A DNA stretch of 64,000 bases from an uncultured Fibrobacterota bacterium (lineage in GTDB: Bacteria; Fibrobacterota; Chitinivibrionia; Chitinivibrionales; FEN-1185), in NCBI GenBank assembly GCA_963753345.1, contig CAVWBU010000021.1, positions 192,001 through 256,000 of the forward strand, in the 5' to 3' direction. The notes beneath the pieces were generated by a model, which worked only from the letters and a program-made list of their open reading frames with translations, was not told the origin of the DNA and made no database searches. Position numbers and translations under genes: made by a program. Below are positions 1-10,865 of the stretch, piece after piece; positions within the stretch are counted from its first letter, which is position 1; each line of letters begins with the position of its first letter.

Positions 1-2204
1 GAATGCACCTTCTTCATGGCGGCCGCAACGTCCTCGGGCGAGTCGCCGCGCACCAGGCCGTCAAGAAAGCGGAGCTGGGTGATGCCGCCGAGTATCTCGT
101 CGATGCGGCTTGCGGCCGAGATGTTCGCCGATGCATGGAGCACCGCGAAAGTGTTGCCTCCGTCAATCACGGATGCGTTGAGGTTGTTCCGCATCTCGAG
201 CAGCACGTCCTTCAGTTGCTTCGTGTTCGAGAAGTCGGGCTCCAGAAAAATGTCGCGCAGGATGCCGGCGGCTTCGTCGAAACGCGAGGCGAGCGACTTC
301 ATGTGGACAAATGACAAGAAGACAAGGCCCCCCGCGCCGACCGCAGTGTCGCACATGAACGAGCCATGAATGCCGCCGGTGGAAAGCGACATGCGTTTTG
401 CCATTTCCTCGTACGAAAGGCCTGCGGCGCCGCACCGGGTGAGCAGTTCAAGGTACAGGGGCAGGTACGGGAGGAGATCGGCCGGGACCGCGGTGCAGTT
501 GAAGCTTATGTCGCAGTAGACGATGCCTGACGTAAAGATCGGGTGCAGGTACGCTTCCGCGCCGCCGACGCGGGCGAGGGTCGCCGGCACCTCGCGATTT
601 TTCGGCGGCAGGTCCGATTTCACAAGTTTCGGCAGGGTGGCGAGCGCCTCGGGCGGCGAAGGCTTCTTCTGTCCCTCAATAAGCGTGCGCGTTTCCTCGA
701 CGATGCGGAGCCTGTCGCCTTTTGTAAAGTGCGCGCTTAGCGACGCAGCCTGCTCCGTGGATTGCGTTTCGAGCCGTTTTCCCAGGGACGACGACGCGCG
801 CACCGTGATGCGCAGCCGGTGCGGGTTGCGCACGAGCATTGCGCCGATCTTGGCGGCGAACCAGTCGCACCCCTTGTCCTTTTCCGCTCGCAGCGCCGCC
901 AGCGGCTTTTCAAATGCGAGATGCGCGAGCGGGTCGCCGTTGTACAGCCACGACCGCAGGCACCGCTCGGCGAGCTGGAGGTTGTACGGAAACCTTCCCG
1001 CGTCGGCGACCTCGCGCAGGCGGAACTCGGTCTGGCGGAGCGCGCCTTCGAGCAGGCGTTCATCAATCGCGCCTGCCGCCTGCTGTTCGAGCGTGGAAAG
1101 CACGAGCGATTCTATTGCGTCGGCGCGCTCGGGCCTGCTTTTTCGGAGGCCCACGCAGAACATGCCGTGGATTAGTTCGTTGGAAAACCCGCAGATATCG
1201 TCGAGGTCCTCGCCGAGCCCGGAATCCACGAGCGCGCGCCTGAGCGGCCCGCTTTCGGTGCCCATGAGGTAGCGGTAGAGAACGCGGCCGAGCAGGGACG
1301 TTGCGGGATCGGCCGACATGCCGAATTTCCAGGCAAGGGCCACGGTGGCGAGTCCGTCGTCCTGTTCGGGCGAGGGCGCCTCGACCTCGGCGCGCCGGGG
1401 CGAGGCCCAGTCCGGCTGGGGAACGACCTCGGCGCGGTGCTGCAGCTTGTCAAAAGAGGCCAGATATTTTTCGTTGATAAACCGCAGGGTCTTTTCCGAG
1501 GGGATGTTGCCGTAGAGAATGATAAACGAATTTGACGGATGGTAAAACCGCGCGTGGAAGCTCTTGAACTGCTCGAACGTGAGGTCGGTGATGTGCTGCG
1601 GCTCGCCGCCGCTCTCGAAGGAATAGGACGTGTCGGGGAACAGCAGCCCCATGGCTTTCCGCTCCACATGGCTTGCGAAATCGGAGAAGACACCCTTCAT
1701 TTCGTTGTACACGATGCCCTTGATGCCCACAACCGCGTCCTCCGATTCCAGCTCGAAGTGCCATCCTTCCTGCCGGAACGTGGCGCTGGTGAGAAGCGGG
1801 TGGAACACCGCGTCACAGTACACGTTCACCAGGTTGAAGAAATCGGCCTCCACCTGGCTTGACACCGGGTACACGGTCTTGTCCGGGTAGGTTAGCGCGT
1901 TGAGGAACGTCTGGAGCGAGCCCTTTAAAAGCTCCTGGAACGGGTCCTTGAGGGGAAACGCGCGGGAGCCGCCGAGCACCGAGTGCTCGAGGATGTGCGG
2001 GACGCCCGTGCTGTCGGACACCGGCGTGCAGAAGGCGATGGAAAACAGGTTGTTCGGGTCGTCGTTGAAAAGGTGCAGCAGACGTGCCCGGGTTTTCTCA
2101 TGCGTAAATACAAAGGCCGTGGTGCGGAGCTCCGGCACGGGCTCCACGCGCTCGAGGAGAAAGCCGGCGCATCGGGCCGAGGGCGAAAGATCGTTCTGGT
2201 TCAT
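1..2204 (-). CDS. Insulinase-family (M16C) presequence-protease-like peptidase, runs off the left edge
   Basis: Manual translation from ATG 2204: MNQNDLS...DSTGVPHILEHSVLGGS..FPLKDPF..LLKGSLQTFLNALTYPDKTVYP; HxxEH inverzincin motif typical of PreP/Cym1. Absent from the ORF track because it has no stop in the window. Confidence 0.92.
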   Translation of the reverse strand, partial: MNQNDLSPSARCAGFLLERVEPVPELRTTAFVFTHEKTRARLLHLFNDDPNNLFSIAFCTPVSDSTGVPHILEHSVLGGSRAFPLKDPFQELLKGSLQTFLNALTYPDKTVYPVSSQVEADFFNLVNVYCDAVFHPLLTSATFRQEGWHFELESEDAVVGIKGIVYNEMKGVFSDFASHVERKAMGLLFPDTSYSFESGGEPQHITDLTFEQFKSFHARFYHPSNSFIILYGNIPSEKTLRFINEKYLASFDKLQHRAEVVPQPDWASPRRAEVEAPSPEQDDGLATVALAWKFGMSADPATSLLGRVLYRYLMGTESGPLRRALVDSGLGEDLDDICGFSNELIHGMFCVGLRKSRPERADAIESLVLSTLEQQAAGAIDERLLEGALRQTEFRLREVADAGRFPYNLQLAERCLRSWLYNGDPLAHLAFEKPLAALRAEKDKGCDWFAAKIGAMLVRNPHRLRITVRASSSLGKRLETQSTEQAASLSAHFTKGDRLRIVEETRTLIEGQKKPSPPEALATLPKLVKSDLPPKNREVPATLARVGGAEAYLHPIFTSGIVYCDISFNCTAVPADLLPYLPLYLELLTRCGAAGLSYEEMAKRMSLSTGGIHGSFMCDTAVGAGGLVFLSFVHMKSLASRFDEAAGILRDIFLEPDFSNTKQLKDVLLEMRNNLNASVIDGGNTFAVLHASANISAASRIDEILGGITQLRFLDGLVRGDSPEDVAAAMKKVH

Positions 2205-2361
2205 GCAATGTCCTTGTGCAGAGATGTGTATGAAAAACCGTTGCTAAAATACACCATAGCTGCGGCGGGTTCGAGGGATTTGTGCGGGGGACAGAGTTCC
2301 GATTAATGTATATTGGTACGGAAAGTCAAGGCGGTCAGGCGTTCGTTGAAAGGACGGAACC

Positions 2362-3582
2362 ATGCCGAAGTATCAAAAGTCAAGCAAGCTCGACAACGTG
2401 CTCTACGACATCCGCGGGCCGGTCCCCCGGGAGGCCAAGCGCATGGAGGAGGAGGAAGGCCTCCAGATCATCAAGCTCAACATCGGCAACCCGGCGCCGT
2501 TCGGCCTCTTTGCGCCCGACGAGATCGTCCATGACATGATCCGCAACCTTCCGGCAACCGAGGGCTACAGCGATTCCAAGGGCCTGTTCTCGGCGCGCAA
2601 GGCCGTGATGCAGTACTGCCAGCAGAAGCGGTTCCAGGGTGTTGACATAGAAGACATCTACACGGGAAACGGCGTGAGCGAGCTCGTGGTGATGGTGATG
2701 CAGGGGCTGTGCAACAACGGCACCGAGGTGCTCATTCCGGCGCCCGACTATCCGCTGTGGACCGCGGCGGTTAACCTCGCGGGCGGCAGGCCGGTGCATT
2801 ACCTGTGCGACGAGGAGTCCGGCTGGCTGCCGGATGTCAAGGACATCCGGAAGAAGATAACCGCGAACACCAGGGGCATTGTGGTGATCAACCCGAACAA
2901 CCCCACGGGCGCGCTGTATCCGAAGGACGTGCTGCAGAACATCGTCGACCTTGCGCGCGAGCACGGCCTCATCGTTTTTTCGGATGAAATTTACGACAAG
3001 ATCCTCTATGACGGCGCCAAGCATGTGTCAATCGCGACGCTCGCCGACGACGTGCTGTTCATCACCATGAGCGGCCTGTCCAAGGCCTACCGCATCGCCG
3101 GGTTCCGCGCCGGCTGGATGGTGGTGTCGGGCGACAAAAAGGCCGCCGCCGATTTCATCGAGGGGCTCGACCTGCTCTCGTCCATGCGCCTGTGCAGCAA
3201 CGTGCCGGCGCAGTCGATCATCCAGACCGCGCTCGGCGGATACCAGAGCATCAACGACCTCGTGGCGCCGGGCGGCAGGCTGTATGTGCAGCGTGAGGCG
3301 TGCATGAGCGCGCTGGCGAACATGCCGGGCGTGTCGTGCGTGCATCCGAAGGCCGCGTTCTACGCTTTTCCGAAACTTGACGTCAAGAAGTTCAACATTT
3401 CCGATGATGTCAAGTTCGCCTACGACCTGCTGCACGACCAGCACGTCCTCGTGGTGCAGGGCACGGGGTTCAACTGGCCCAGGCCCGACCATTTCCGCAT
3501 CGTGTTTCTGCCGGTGGTTGAGGAGCTGGCGGTTGCGATGGAGCGGATAGGAAAATTTTTAAAGACCTATAAGCAGCAGTAA
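2362..3582 (+). CDS. alaA: PLP-dependent aminotransferase, AlaA/YfbQ type
   Basis: KSSKLDNVLYDIRGPV, KLNIGNPAPFG, NPNNPTG, SDEIYDK, GLSKAYRIAGFRAGW motifs. Confidence 0.9.
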   Translation: MPKYQKSSKLDNVLYDIRGPVPREAKRMEEEEGLQIIKLNIGNPAPFGLFAPDEIVHDMIRNLPATEGYSDSKGLFSARKAVMQYCQQKRFQGVDIEDIYTGNGVSELVVMVMQGLCNNGTEVLIPAPDYPLWTAAVNLAGGRPVHYLCDEESGWLPDVKDIRKKITANTRGIVVINPNNPTGALYPKDVLQNIVDLAREHGLIVFSDEIYDKILYDGAKHVSIATLADDVLFITMSGLSKAYRIAGFRAGWMVVSGDKKAAADFIEGLDLLSSMRLCSNVPAQSIIQTALGGYQSINDLVAPGGRLYVQREACMSALANMPGVSCVHPKAAFYAFPKLDVKKFNISDDVKFAYDLLHDQHVLVVQGTGFNWPRPDHFRIVFLPVVEELAVAMERIGKFLKTYKQQ

Positions 3583-3626
3583 TCGTTTTTATTACTTCTT
3601 GTTAGTCAATTAATATAATTATATAA

Positions 3627-4076
3627 GGGGGGAGGTATCCCCCTCGCTGCGGCCCTGCGGTCCTCCGCTACCCCCTCTTGGGTGACCGCCTTGATAAAGC
3701 AGCTGCAAAACCGTGCATTGTTGTGGCGGCACCCACGGAGAGTAGTTGAGAAGGAAATCGTTGAAAAGTGGAAATTGCAGGGAAGAAGCTTAGCTGATTT
3801 ATCGCGAATGCCGATTGGCGTGAGGACGTAATTGACTGAATAGACTTCCGTTGCCGCGCGTTAGGTGGACTGGAGGGTGAGCTAAAGCGAATTGTCACTT
3901 CGTTCCCCAAGGTATGGTAATAGCGCTTCGCGCTTCATTCTTGTGTCTCTTGCCTTGTGCCGCCCGGATCATTCGATTGATGATTGAGAATCGTGTGACG
4001 CGGATTGTTCGGTCTACGCTGATTTCAAATCCGCAATCCGCATTCTACAATCTACAATTAGGAGGGGGAACGCCCA
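3627..4076. repeat. Composite structured repeat: module A(+), spacer, module B(-), with nested D and heptamer modules
   Basis: GGGGGAGGTATCCCCCTCGC start; CCGCGCGTTAGG...GGAACGCCCA end; same layout as 51954-52393. Confidence 0.85.
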
Positions 4077-4108
4077 ATCCCTTTTTGTCTATAAAGCGAA
4101 TCTCTTTA

Positions 4109-4669
4109 TCATTTCCCCCGCATCGTCTTTAGCGCCCCGCCCCAGGCAATGACCTGGTCGAGCATGGTATTGACGTACTGCTCGTGCATGGGAGCGGGCT
4201 TGAACACGGAGTAGTTCTCGAAATCGGTGAAGAGCGAGAGCATCACCTGTGCCCGTACTGTGGCCACCTGCAGTTCCGCCAGGTTGAGGCGCAGCTGCTC
4301 GACGGACCTGGCCCCGCCCATGGACCCGTAACTCACGAATCCCGCGGCCTTGTTGTTCCATTCCCTGTAAATAAAATCGAGGGCGTTCTTGAGTGCCGCA
4401 GCGGGCCCATGGGAATATTCCGGAGTGACAAAGACGAATGCGTCAAATCCGTCGATCTTCGCGGCCCATGCCTTGGTGTGGGGCTTGGTATACTGACCGA
4501 GGGAAGGGGGCGCTGGCTCGTCGAGGAGCGGCAGGTTAAAGTCTTTTATGTCAACGATGTCGAATTCCGCATCCTTGCGCTTTTCCGCAATGCCGAGCAC
4601 CCATTGCGCAACGGAATCGGCCTTGCGTCCGGGACGGGTGCTTCCCACAATAATGGCGATCTTGAGCAT
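4109..4669 (-). CDS. NADPH-dependent FMN reductase
   Basis: IIVGSTRPGR, FVTPEY, LKNALD, SYGSMGG motifs; RBS AAAGGA upstream of ATG 4669. Confidence 0.9.
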   Translation of the reverse strand: MLKIAIIVGSTRPGRKADSVAQWVLGIAEKRKDAEFDIVDIKDFNLPLLDEPAPPSLGQYTKPHTKAWAAKIDGFDAFVFVTPEYSHGPAAALKNALDFIYREWNNKAAGFVSYGSMGGARSVEQLRLNLAELQVATVRAQVMLSLFTDFENYSVFKPAPMHEQYVNTMLDQVIAWGGALKTMRGK

Positions 4670-4823
4670 ACGTTTTCCTTTTGTTGATGAGTGGATATTC
4701 TCAGATTTCGTTTGCAGCAATCATGCCGGCGAACCATCAAGAAAGATCGCAAGACGTTTGTGCCCCCTTTCCAAGGGGGTGGCGGCGCTTTGGCCGCCGG
4801 GGGTTGTTATAATAGGCATTTTC

Positions 4824-4860
4824 CCTGGCGGGTCTAAGGGCCGGCCAGGCCCTTCCAACT
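4824..4860 (+). repeat. Short repeat module G (second copy at 9522-9560)
   Basis: GCGGGTCTAAGGGCCGGC(C/T)AGGC(C/A)CTTCCA present twice. Confidence 0.7.
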
Positions 4861-4953
4861 CTTCCATTTTATTTATCTTGCTCATTGGGGATTTCGGATT
4901 GCAGATTTCGGATTGAAATTACCATATCGTCAATCTGCAACGAGATGGACTTT

Positions 4954-5508
4954 TCAGGCCTTCTTAAGAACTGCGGTTCTTCCCAAAAATATCTTTGGCG
5001 ATTCTATCGGCACTAAACCCGCTGCTTTTGCTTTGCTCACGGATTCGGCAAATTCATTTCTTGACACATGCATCGGAGGTTCGACAAGGAGGACCTTTCC
5101 GTCAGGCTTGAGCAGCGAGGATATTTCCTTCAAATACTTTTCCTGGTCCGGAATTTCGTGAAGCATATAGAAAACAAGAATAAAATCAACCTTGTCCGAC
5201 ACGCCGATCCTGTCCGCCGCGCATTTGTGCAGGGAAATCACCTTTTCAAATTTGCTTCCCGCGATCTTTGCGCGCAGTTTCTGCAGCATGCCGTCCTGCA
5301 GGTCGCAGGCGATCACCCGGCCTGACGGGCCGACCAGTTCGGCCATAGCAAGGGTAAAGAAACCCGGACCGCAGCCGAAATCCAATGCCGCCATTCCTTC
5401 CTTGACATAAGGCTTCAGGATTTTACGCGGGTTCTGGAGCCATCGCCGGAAAATATTGTCGAGGCCGCCGGAGAGTTCGACGGGACAGACGCGGTTTTTA
5501 TCATTCAT
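4954..5508 (-). CDS. Class I SAM-dependent methyltransferase
   Basis: LDFGCGPGFF motif I. Confidence 0.88.
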   Translation of the reverse strand: MNDKNRVCPVELSGGLDNIFRRWLQNPRKILKPYVKEGMAALDFGCGPGFFTLAMAELVGPSGRVIACDLQDGMLQKLRAKIAGSKFEKVISLHKCAADRIGVSDKVDFILVFYMLHEIPDQEKYLKEISSLLKPDGKVLLVEPPMHVSRNEFAESVSKAKAAGLVPIESPKIFLGRTAVLKKA

Positions 5509-5638
5509 GGTGTGTTCCTTTTAAAGTGAGTTGATCATGAGTTGAGCCGCAGGTTTATTAAGATACGCTTCGGTTATTGGGCGCGTCCAGATTATTCCGG
5601 TAATCCCTTCATGGTCGCCGGGTGCCTTGTCCTCCGGT

Positions 5639-5801
5639 GTGAATCCCACAGCGAGCGTATTCCCCGGAGGTTCGCTGTCGCGGCTACTCCTGTAGTGTTG
5701 TATGCAGTTGTAGATGTGGCGCTCCGGGGTTAGCGAGCGACTATAGGTTTGTTTTCTTTCCGGAAGATTCCCCGTCCCGCGGGACTGCAGGGTTCTTCAA
5801 T
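5639..5801. repeat. Palindromic MITE/PATE-like element F (second copy 10860-10981)
   Basis: Shared ends GTGAATCCCAC..GCGAGCG and GAAGATTCC.CGTCCCGCGGGACTGC.GGG..TTCAAT. Confidence 0.7.
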
Positions 5802-5959
5802 TATTTGTTACACGTTTGTGTAACGGATAACAGCCTTCTTCACCATCATTTTCGGTTAAGCAGTACCAGGCGCGTTTATATTAATCATAATTGGGAACGT
5901 GAAAAAAAGGTATGGAAGCAAACCGATTAACCACAATAATTAAAAAGGGAGGATCAAAC

Positions 5960-7369
5960 ATGAGGCGAATTTACCTGTATCGATTAGCTGCGGCTTTTCT
6001 CGTGTGCGTCGGCATGACGTGGGCACAGACATGTCCGTCATTTGTCCATAAGGCGAATATCACGCACTATGTGGATTCCGGGGCCACTCTTGCTGTTTCA
6101 GGAACTGTTGTCGCCGGTTCAATCAACGGCGGGATTTACAAATCTGCTTTGGGCACGAATGCTCCTACATTGATTACAAACACCTCGGGCGATCACACCA
6201 ACAGTACCGACATAACCGAAGACGGACAGTGGGTGCTTTATAGTTCGGGCGGGATCAAACTCATCCGCATTGATGGCCAGTTCAAGACCACAGTACCGGC
6301 GACTAATCCCTCCACCAGCGACGGTAGCTGTACTTTCTGGTGGAACGCTCCCAGCGGGAAACTGGAGGTCGTCTATAGAGAAAGCGGCGACAAAGTAATT
6401 CACTCGGTTCCCGTCACCTTTTCGGCAAATGCCGCTCCGACCTTCGGCACAGACCATATAATCTGCCAATTCACCTCGCAGTGTGAGTTTTCAATGGGCT
6501 GCGCCCTCAATCATTTTTTTACCAGAATAGACTATAGTCCGAGTTCGGGAGTGTGTAATTTTGGGCCGGTAATGGTTACCCTTCCCGGTAACGGCACCAC
6601 TGCCACCGAAGCCAATGAGTGGCACCCGGCCGCGAGCGCACCTGTTCCTCAAATGGGATGCATGTGCACAATATCACACAACGGGGCAATCGGTTGCTTC
6701 AATGCCGGGTACGACCAATGGTGCGGCTGCCTGGCTGATGAAGCTTGCTTGCTGAGGCACAAATCCTTTGTCTTGCTCCCTTTTCAGGAGGTGAACGCGC
6801 CGGCAGTGGCCTGGCCAACCACTCTTGAAATGACCATGGCTGTCGGCATAAACTGGGCGCCCAAAAAGTATTTATTCCTTAGTTCTACAGACTCTACTAA
6901 AGGTCAAACTGATCTTTCCAGCAATTTCTGGTCTGATTTCAAGGATTGGAGGTACACTAACGACACCAGCTATATTGTGGGGGATTTGGATTGCCTTGCC
7001 TATGGCAATTGCGCCGTTAACCCGGATTCTTGTGCCGGCAGTCGTATGCCGGACTCGGGCACCATATGGCTTGCTCATTATCCCACCAACACCTGGACAA
7101 TGATTCTCCGCTTGGCCGCGGGCGTTAGACTGAACCACCCGGCGGTTTGGATATGCAAAGATGCATCATGCCAATCAGGCACCATTGCACCGTTGCCCGA
7201 GAATCGTCTGGAGTATCGCGGCATTCCGTCGCAGGGCACCACCTATATGGTTGATATAAGAGGACGCCGCATTGTGTCAAATTCCACGACAGCGCTAAAA
7301 CTTCCACCGGGTATTTATTATTCCGTAACCCAGTATGGAGTGATGAGGCGCATTGCTATCGGCCAATGA
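5960..7369 (+). CDS. Secreted cysteine-rich hypothetical protein with T9SS-like C-terminal tail
   Basis: Signal peptide MRRIYLYRLAAAFLVCVGMTWA, GGAGG RBS, 18 Cys, C-terminal DIRGRRI...PGIYY. Confidence 0.75.
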   Translation: MRRIYLYRLAAAFLVCVGMTWAQTCPSFVHKANITHYVDSGATLAVSGTVVAGSINGGIYKSALGTNAPTLITNTSGDHTNSTDITEDGQWVLYSSGGIKLIRIDGQFKTTVPATNPSTSDGSCTFWWNAPSGKLEVVYRESGDKVIHSVPVTFSANAAPTFGTDHIICQFTSQCEFSMGCALNHFFTRIDYSPSSGVCNFGPVMVTLPGNGTTATEANEWHPAASAPVPQMGCMCTISHNGAIGCFNAGYDQWCGCLADEACLLRHKSFVLLPFQEVNAPAVAWPTTLEMTMAVGINWAPKKYLFLSSTDSTKGQTDLSSNFWSDFKDWRYTNDTSYIVGDLDCLAYGNCAVNPDSCAGSRMPDSGTIWLAHYPTNTWTMILRLAAGVRLNHPAVWICKDASCQSGTIAPLPENRLEYRGIPSQGTTYMVDIRGRRIVSNSTTALKLPPGIYYSVTQYGVMRRIAIGQ

Positions 7370-7485
7370 TGACGGACGGGTGGTCTGTTCCTCTGTGTGA
7401 ATTTAATGTGTGTGCCACGATCGTCCCGGTGGTGTGTTTTTTCCTGCGCATCATCGTGACGACCGTGGCACCCGCGCGAAGGTGA

Positions 7486-9111
7486 TTACTTCTTGTTGAA
7501 AACCCCCACCATACCCGTCGTCGGCGTTTCCGCGCCGGACGCCCTCACGCAATACCGTCCCGCAGTTAATCCTGCATTGTCGATCGCCATGATGCCGCTG
7601 GTGTTTCTTTCGACAACGGTCTTCAGACATTTTCCGTCCAAGGAGAAAATTTGCACTGTTGTCGAAATGTCCGGCTCAAGTCCGCAAATGACGATCGAGC
7701 GTCCCATTGAAAAAATGTCTAAAAGCTTCCGCTGTGAAATGCGGTACTGTCGCAGGACGTTTGCGGCGCCGACCTCATCCGCGCCGATATCAATAATGCC
7801 GTCCTGCACCCGCGCCTGGCCGTCAATGTCAAGCGTTCCCGCGACATCCGCCGCAAGGGTCGCGCCCGCGTTTTTCGCGGGCGAGGCCGATTGGATATGC
7901 AGGTCGGCCGGCGCGTTGACCAGGAGCGGATTGGCATATTTTGCGTGCGCATCGGTCCATGCCCCCGGCGAATTCGTACTTGCGCCGTAATACAGATTGT
8001 TGTCGACAGCGATGCCGGTGTTGTTGCTCCCGGAATTCGAGCAATAGTCGTTGCCCGGGTTGGCGACGCAGATGTTGTTGACAATGGTGATGACGCTGCA
8101 GTTGTACTGGAGAATCACCTCGCCGTCCTGGCCGTGATACAGGGTGTTGTTGACAATTACGATACTGTCGGCGTTGCCCTTGCTGGCGGCGTAACCACCC
8201 GACATGATGTTCCCCTGATACGAACGGGACACGAAATTGCTCCGCACCGTGATCCCGCTGGTTGTTTTTCCGCCGTGTTCGCTCGCGACTTCGATGCCGA
8301 TGTCGCAATTGTCTACAATGTTCCGTTCGATGACGATGTCTTTGCCGCCGTCCACGTAAATGCCGTCCGCGCTCCGGTCGCCGCCGTAGGTCGGATTTGT
8401 CGCGGAGCTGATATTGTACACGCGGTTGCCTGCGCACACGCCGCTGCGCGCCTGGTCCTGGCCGGTTGGACCGTTGCCTTCGAACCCGATAAAGTCGATG
8501 CCGATGTTGTCGTTATCGTGGACCACGTTATTGGTCACGGTGAAATCGGTGACATTGCCGTTGAACACCATCGATTCGCTCTGGCCGAGTTTGCAACTGT
8601 CAACTTCGTTGCCGTCAACGATCACCGCGCTTATCGGGGTGGCCGACGTCCCGTAGAAGGCGATGCCGTGCGCGTTGCCGTTGTCGTTTTCTATGGTGTG
8701 CACCTTGTTGTTGCGGATCTCGAGGTTGCTCGAGCTGCCCTCTATGCTGATGCCGATGGGCGTGTTGGTTCCCGAAAAGTTCCGGACTTCCATTCCTATC
8801 ACTTTTATGTAATTCCTGCTCGCAATGGAAATACCCAGCTCGCCTTTTCCGGTCCCGTCAACGATCGCGCCGGAATCGCCCTTGAGGGTGATGGAGCCGG
8901 CGGCAGTCCCGCTTTTGCCGAACGCCACGGCCTCATTGTAGATGCCGGCCTGCACGAGAACGGTGTCGCCCGCATTCGCGGCGGTGACGGCTGCCTGGAT
9001 GGTGGTGTAGGGAGCGCCGGATTTTGCGACAATGAGGGTTGAGGAATAGGTGATACCTGAAAGGGTTGATATGATAAGCAAGATTCGAATTCGTGATAGG
9101 GAGGGTTTCAT
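7486..9111 (-). CDS. Secreted right-handed beta-helix protein with T9SS-like C-terminal domain
   Basis: YTTIQAAV..GDTVLVQAGIY, Asn-rich coils (NNVVHDNDNIGID), GQAR...IDIGADE, IFSLDGK..AGRY. Confidence 0.82.
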   Translation of the reverse strand: MKPSLSRIRILLIISTLSGITYSSTLIVAKSGAPYTTIQAAVTAANAGDTVLVQAGIYNEAVAFGKSGTAAGSITLKGDSGAIVDGTGKGELGISIASRNYIKVIGMEVRNFSGTNTPIGISIEGSSSNLEIRNNKVHTIENDNGNAHGIAFYGTSATPISAVIVDGNEVDSCKLGQSESMVFNGNVTDFTVTNNVVHDNDNIGIDFIGFEGNGPTGQDQARSGVCAGNRVYNISSATNPTYGGDRSADGIYVDGGKDIVIERNIVDNCDIGIEVASEHGGKTTSGITVRSNFVSRSYQGNIMSGGYAASKGNADSIVIVNNTLYHGQDGEVILQYNCSVITIVNNICVANPGNDYCSNSGSNNTGIAVDNNLYYGASTNSPGAWTDAHAKYANPLLVNAPADLHIQSASPAKNAGATLAADVAGTLDIDGQARVQDGIIDIGADEVGAANVLRQYRISQRKLLDIFSMGRSIVICGLEPDISTTVQIFSLDGKCLKTVVERNTSGIMAIDNAGLTAGRYCVRASGAETPTTGMVGVFNKK

Positions 9112-9199
9112 GCGATTTTCCTTTTGAATGTTTTTGGTTGTATTGATATGATATTCGCCTGACAATCGACTTCTGCAATTAATAAGTAAATGAATTCAA

Positions 9200-9338
9200 T
9201 TGGGAGCTTCGCGGGGTGCGGCGTGGTTGGGCCTGTGGCAAGGCCGGAACACTTGTTGCGCGCACCCTTGGAGCGGCAGTTGTGAAGGAAAGATGTTGTA
9301 TCCGTTCAAGACCATAGCATTTTTTGGTGTCAGGTGAA
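9200..9338 (-). repeat. attC-like hairpin plus flank, copy 1 (family E)
   Basis: Near-identical to 10726-10865; minus strand TCACAAC...hairpin...ATTGAAT. Confidence 0.6.
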
Positions 9339-9746
9339 TACCATCACTAAATTCATCAACATCAGTGAAACTAAGTATTTCTGAAAACAAAAGCAACTTT
9401 CACAAAAAGTTGGGGAGTATGTTGTGTTCCTTTGTCGCTTTTTTTCTTTGTAACTTTGTCATTTCATTTCTTAAGGGTATGGTAGTAGCGCTTCGCGCCA
9501 TATATTATGTCTTTTGCCCTTTCCTAAGCGGGTCTAAGGGCCGGCTAGGCACTTCCAGCTTTATCATATTCTTGTATTCATGAATCAGACTTTGCAAGGG
9601 ATGAAACAAATATTGGCAGCGTTTTTGAAATAAATACGCAAGCTTCAAGTCCGATAAATTGATATTTGACAATGGTAAACGTAAATACCTATATTGTTTA
9701 TCAACGTCATTCCCAAAATGCAACACCTATTCAAAGGAGCAAGAAA

Positions 9747-10706
9747 ATGGTCAAAGTCTGGATTGCGTATTTGTCGGTAATGTTCATGGTCAGCGGTATT
9801 AATGCCGATGTGGTGAACAAGGACGAGATCAAAAAGGTCAAAAAGATCGCCATCCTCAGTTTTTATTCCACCAAGAAGATCATGTGTTTTGAACCTAAGG
9901 CCGGTGCCTCGTCCCTGGGCCTTAAAGATTATGTCGTAAAAGATCCGGCGAAATCCGATGCGCCGGCCGGATGGAAGGGCGTCAAACAATCCGAATCCGA
10001 CCTCGACGCGCTGTGCCAGGCCGCCCTGACAATTTATCAGGACAGCCTCTCCAAAGCCGGGTATTGGGAGGTGGTCCCGTTTGACAAAATAAAAGACAAT
10101 GCCTCCTACCAGAATACACCCATTGAAATTACCAAGGTGCGGGAAAATACGGCCCTGTCAATGATGAGGAGTTCCATGAGCAAAGGTGGAAATTCAACTG
10201 CACCTTCAACGCCGGAAAAGAAGACCGAAGCGCAATACAAGGCCATGTTCAGGGTGGTTAATGAAATGAGGTGTCTTCCCGCAGACATGTTCCGTGAGGC
10301 GGGAACAACCCGTATGGGAGGCAGCGATCCCTATCAGAATGAAAAGAAAGCCCTTGGCGAAATCTGCAAAAGCCTTGGCGTCGACGGGGTTGCCATTATT
10401 TCTTTCAGACCATTGTTCAAATATGGATCGTGGGCGCGCTTGAAAGTGGGCGACTATGTCAAAGCGAGCCCCAGGATCGGCGCAACCTTTGTTGTCTTGA
10501 GCAGCGAAGGGAAAGTGGTTGCCGAAACCGGTGATATTGTTAGTTTGCTGGGCTGGGACTTTGAAGGCTCGACGGTCAACATGATTAAAAACGACGAATT
10601 GATGCTTGCCGACAAGGAAGTGAAAGACGGTTACATCGCCACGATCCAGGAATCCGCCGGCAGGCTCAAGGAAATTCTGTCAAAGGAATTTTCCAAGATC
10701 AAATAA
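9747..10706 (+). CDS. Exported hypothetical protein
   Basis: AGGAG RBS, signal-like N-terminus, 319 aa open frame. Confidence 0.7.
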   Translation: MVKVWIAYLSVMFMVSGINADVVNKDEIKKVKKIAILSFYSTKKIMCFEPKAGASSLGLKDYVVKDPAKSDAPAGWKGVKQSESDLDALCQAALTIYQDSLSKAGYWEVVPFDKIKDNASYQNTPIEITKVRENTALSMMRSSMSKGGNSTAPSTPEKKTEAQYKAMFRVVNEMRCLPADMFREAGTTRMGGSDPYQNEKKALGEICKSLGVDGVAIISFRPLFKYGSWARLKVGDYVKASPRIGATFVVLSSEGKVVAETGDIVSLLGWDFEGSTVNMIKNDELMLADKEVKDGYIATIQESAGRLKEILSKEFSKIK

Positions 10707-10725
10707 AGAATTAATCAAAATGCCT

Positions 10726-10865
10726 TTGGGAGCTTCGCGGGGTGCAGCGTGGATGGGCCTGTGGCAAGACCGCAACACCCGTTGCACGCACCCTTGGAGC
10801 CACAGTTGTGAAACAATAATTTAATGTTTGTTCAAGCCTATAGCATTTTTAGGTGTCAGGTGAAT
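10726..10865 (-). repeat. attC-like hairpin plus flank, copy 2 (family E)
   Basis: Direct repeat of 9200-9338. Confidence 0.6.

Noticed and set aside
523-2306. Multiple plus-strand ORFs in the ORF track
   Set aside because: They are antisense shadows of the minus-strand M16C peptidase; likewise most long overlapping ORFs elsewhere are GC-rich shadows
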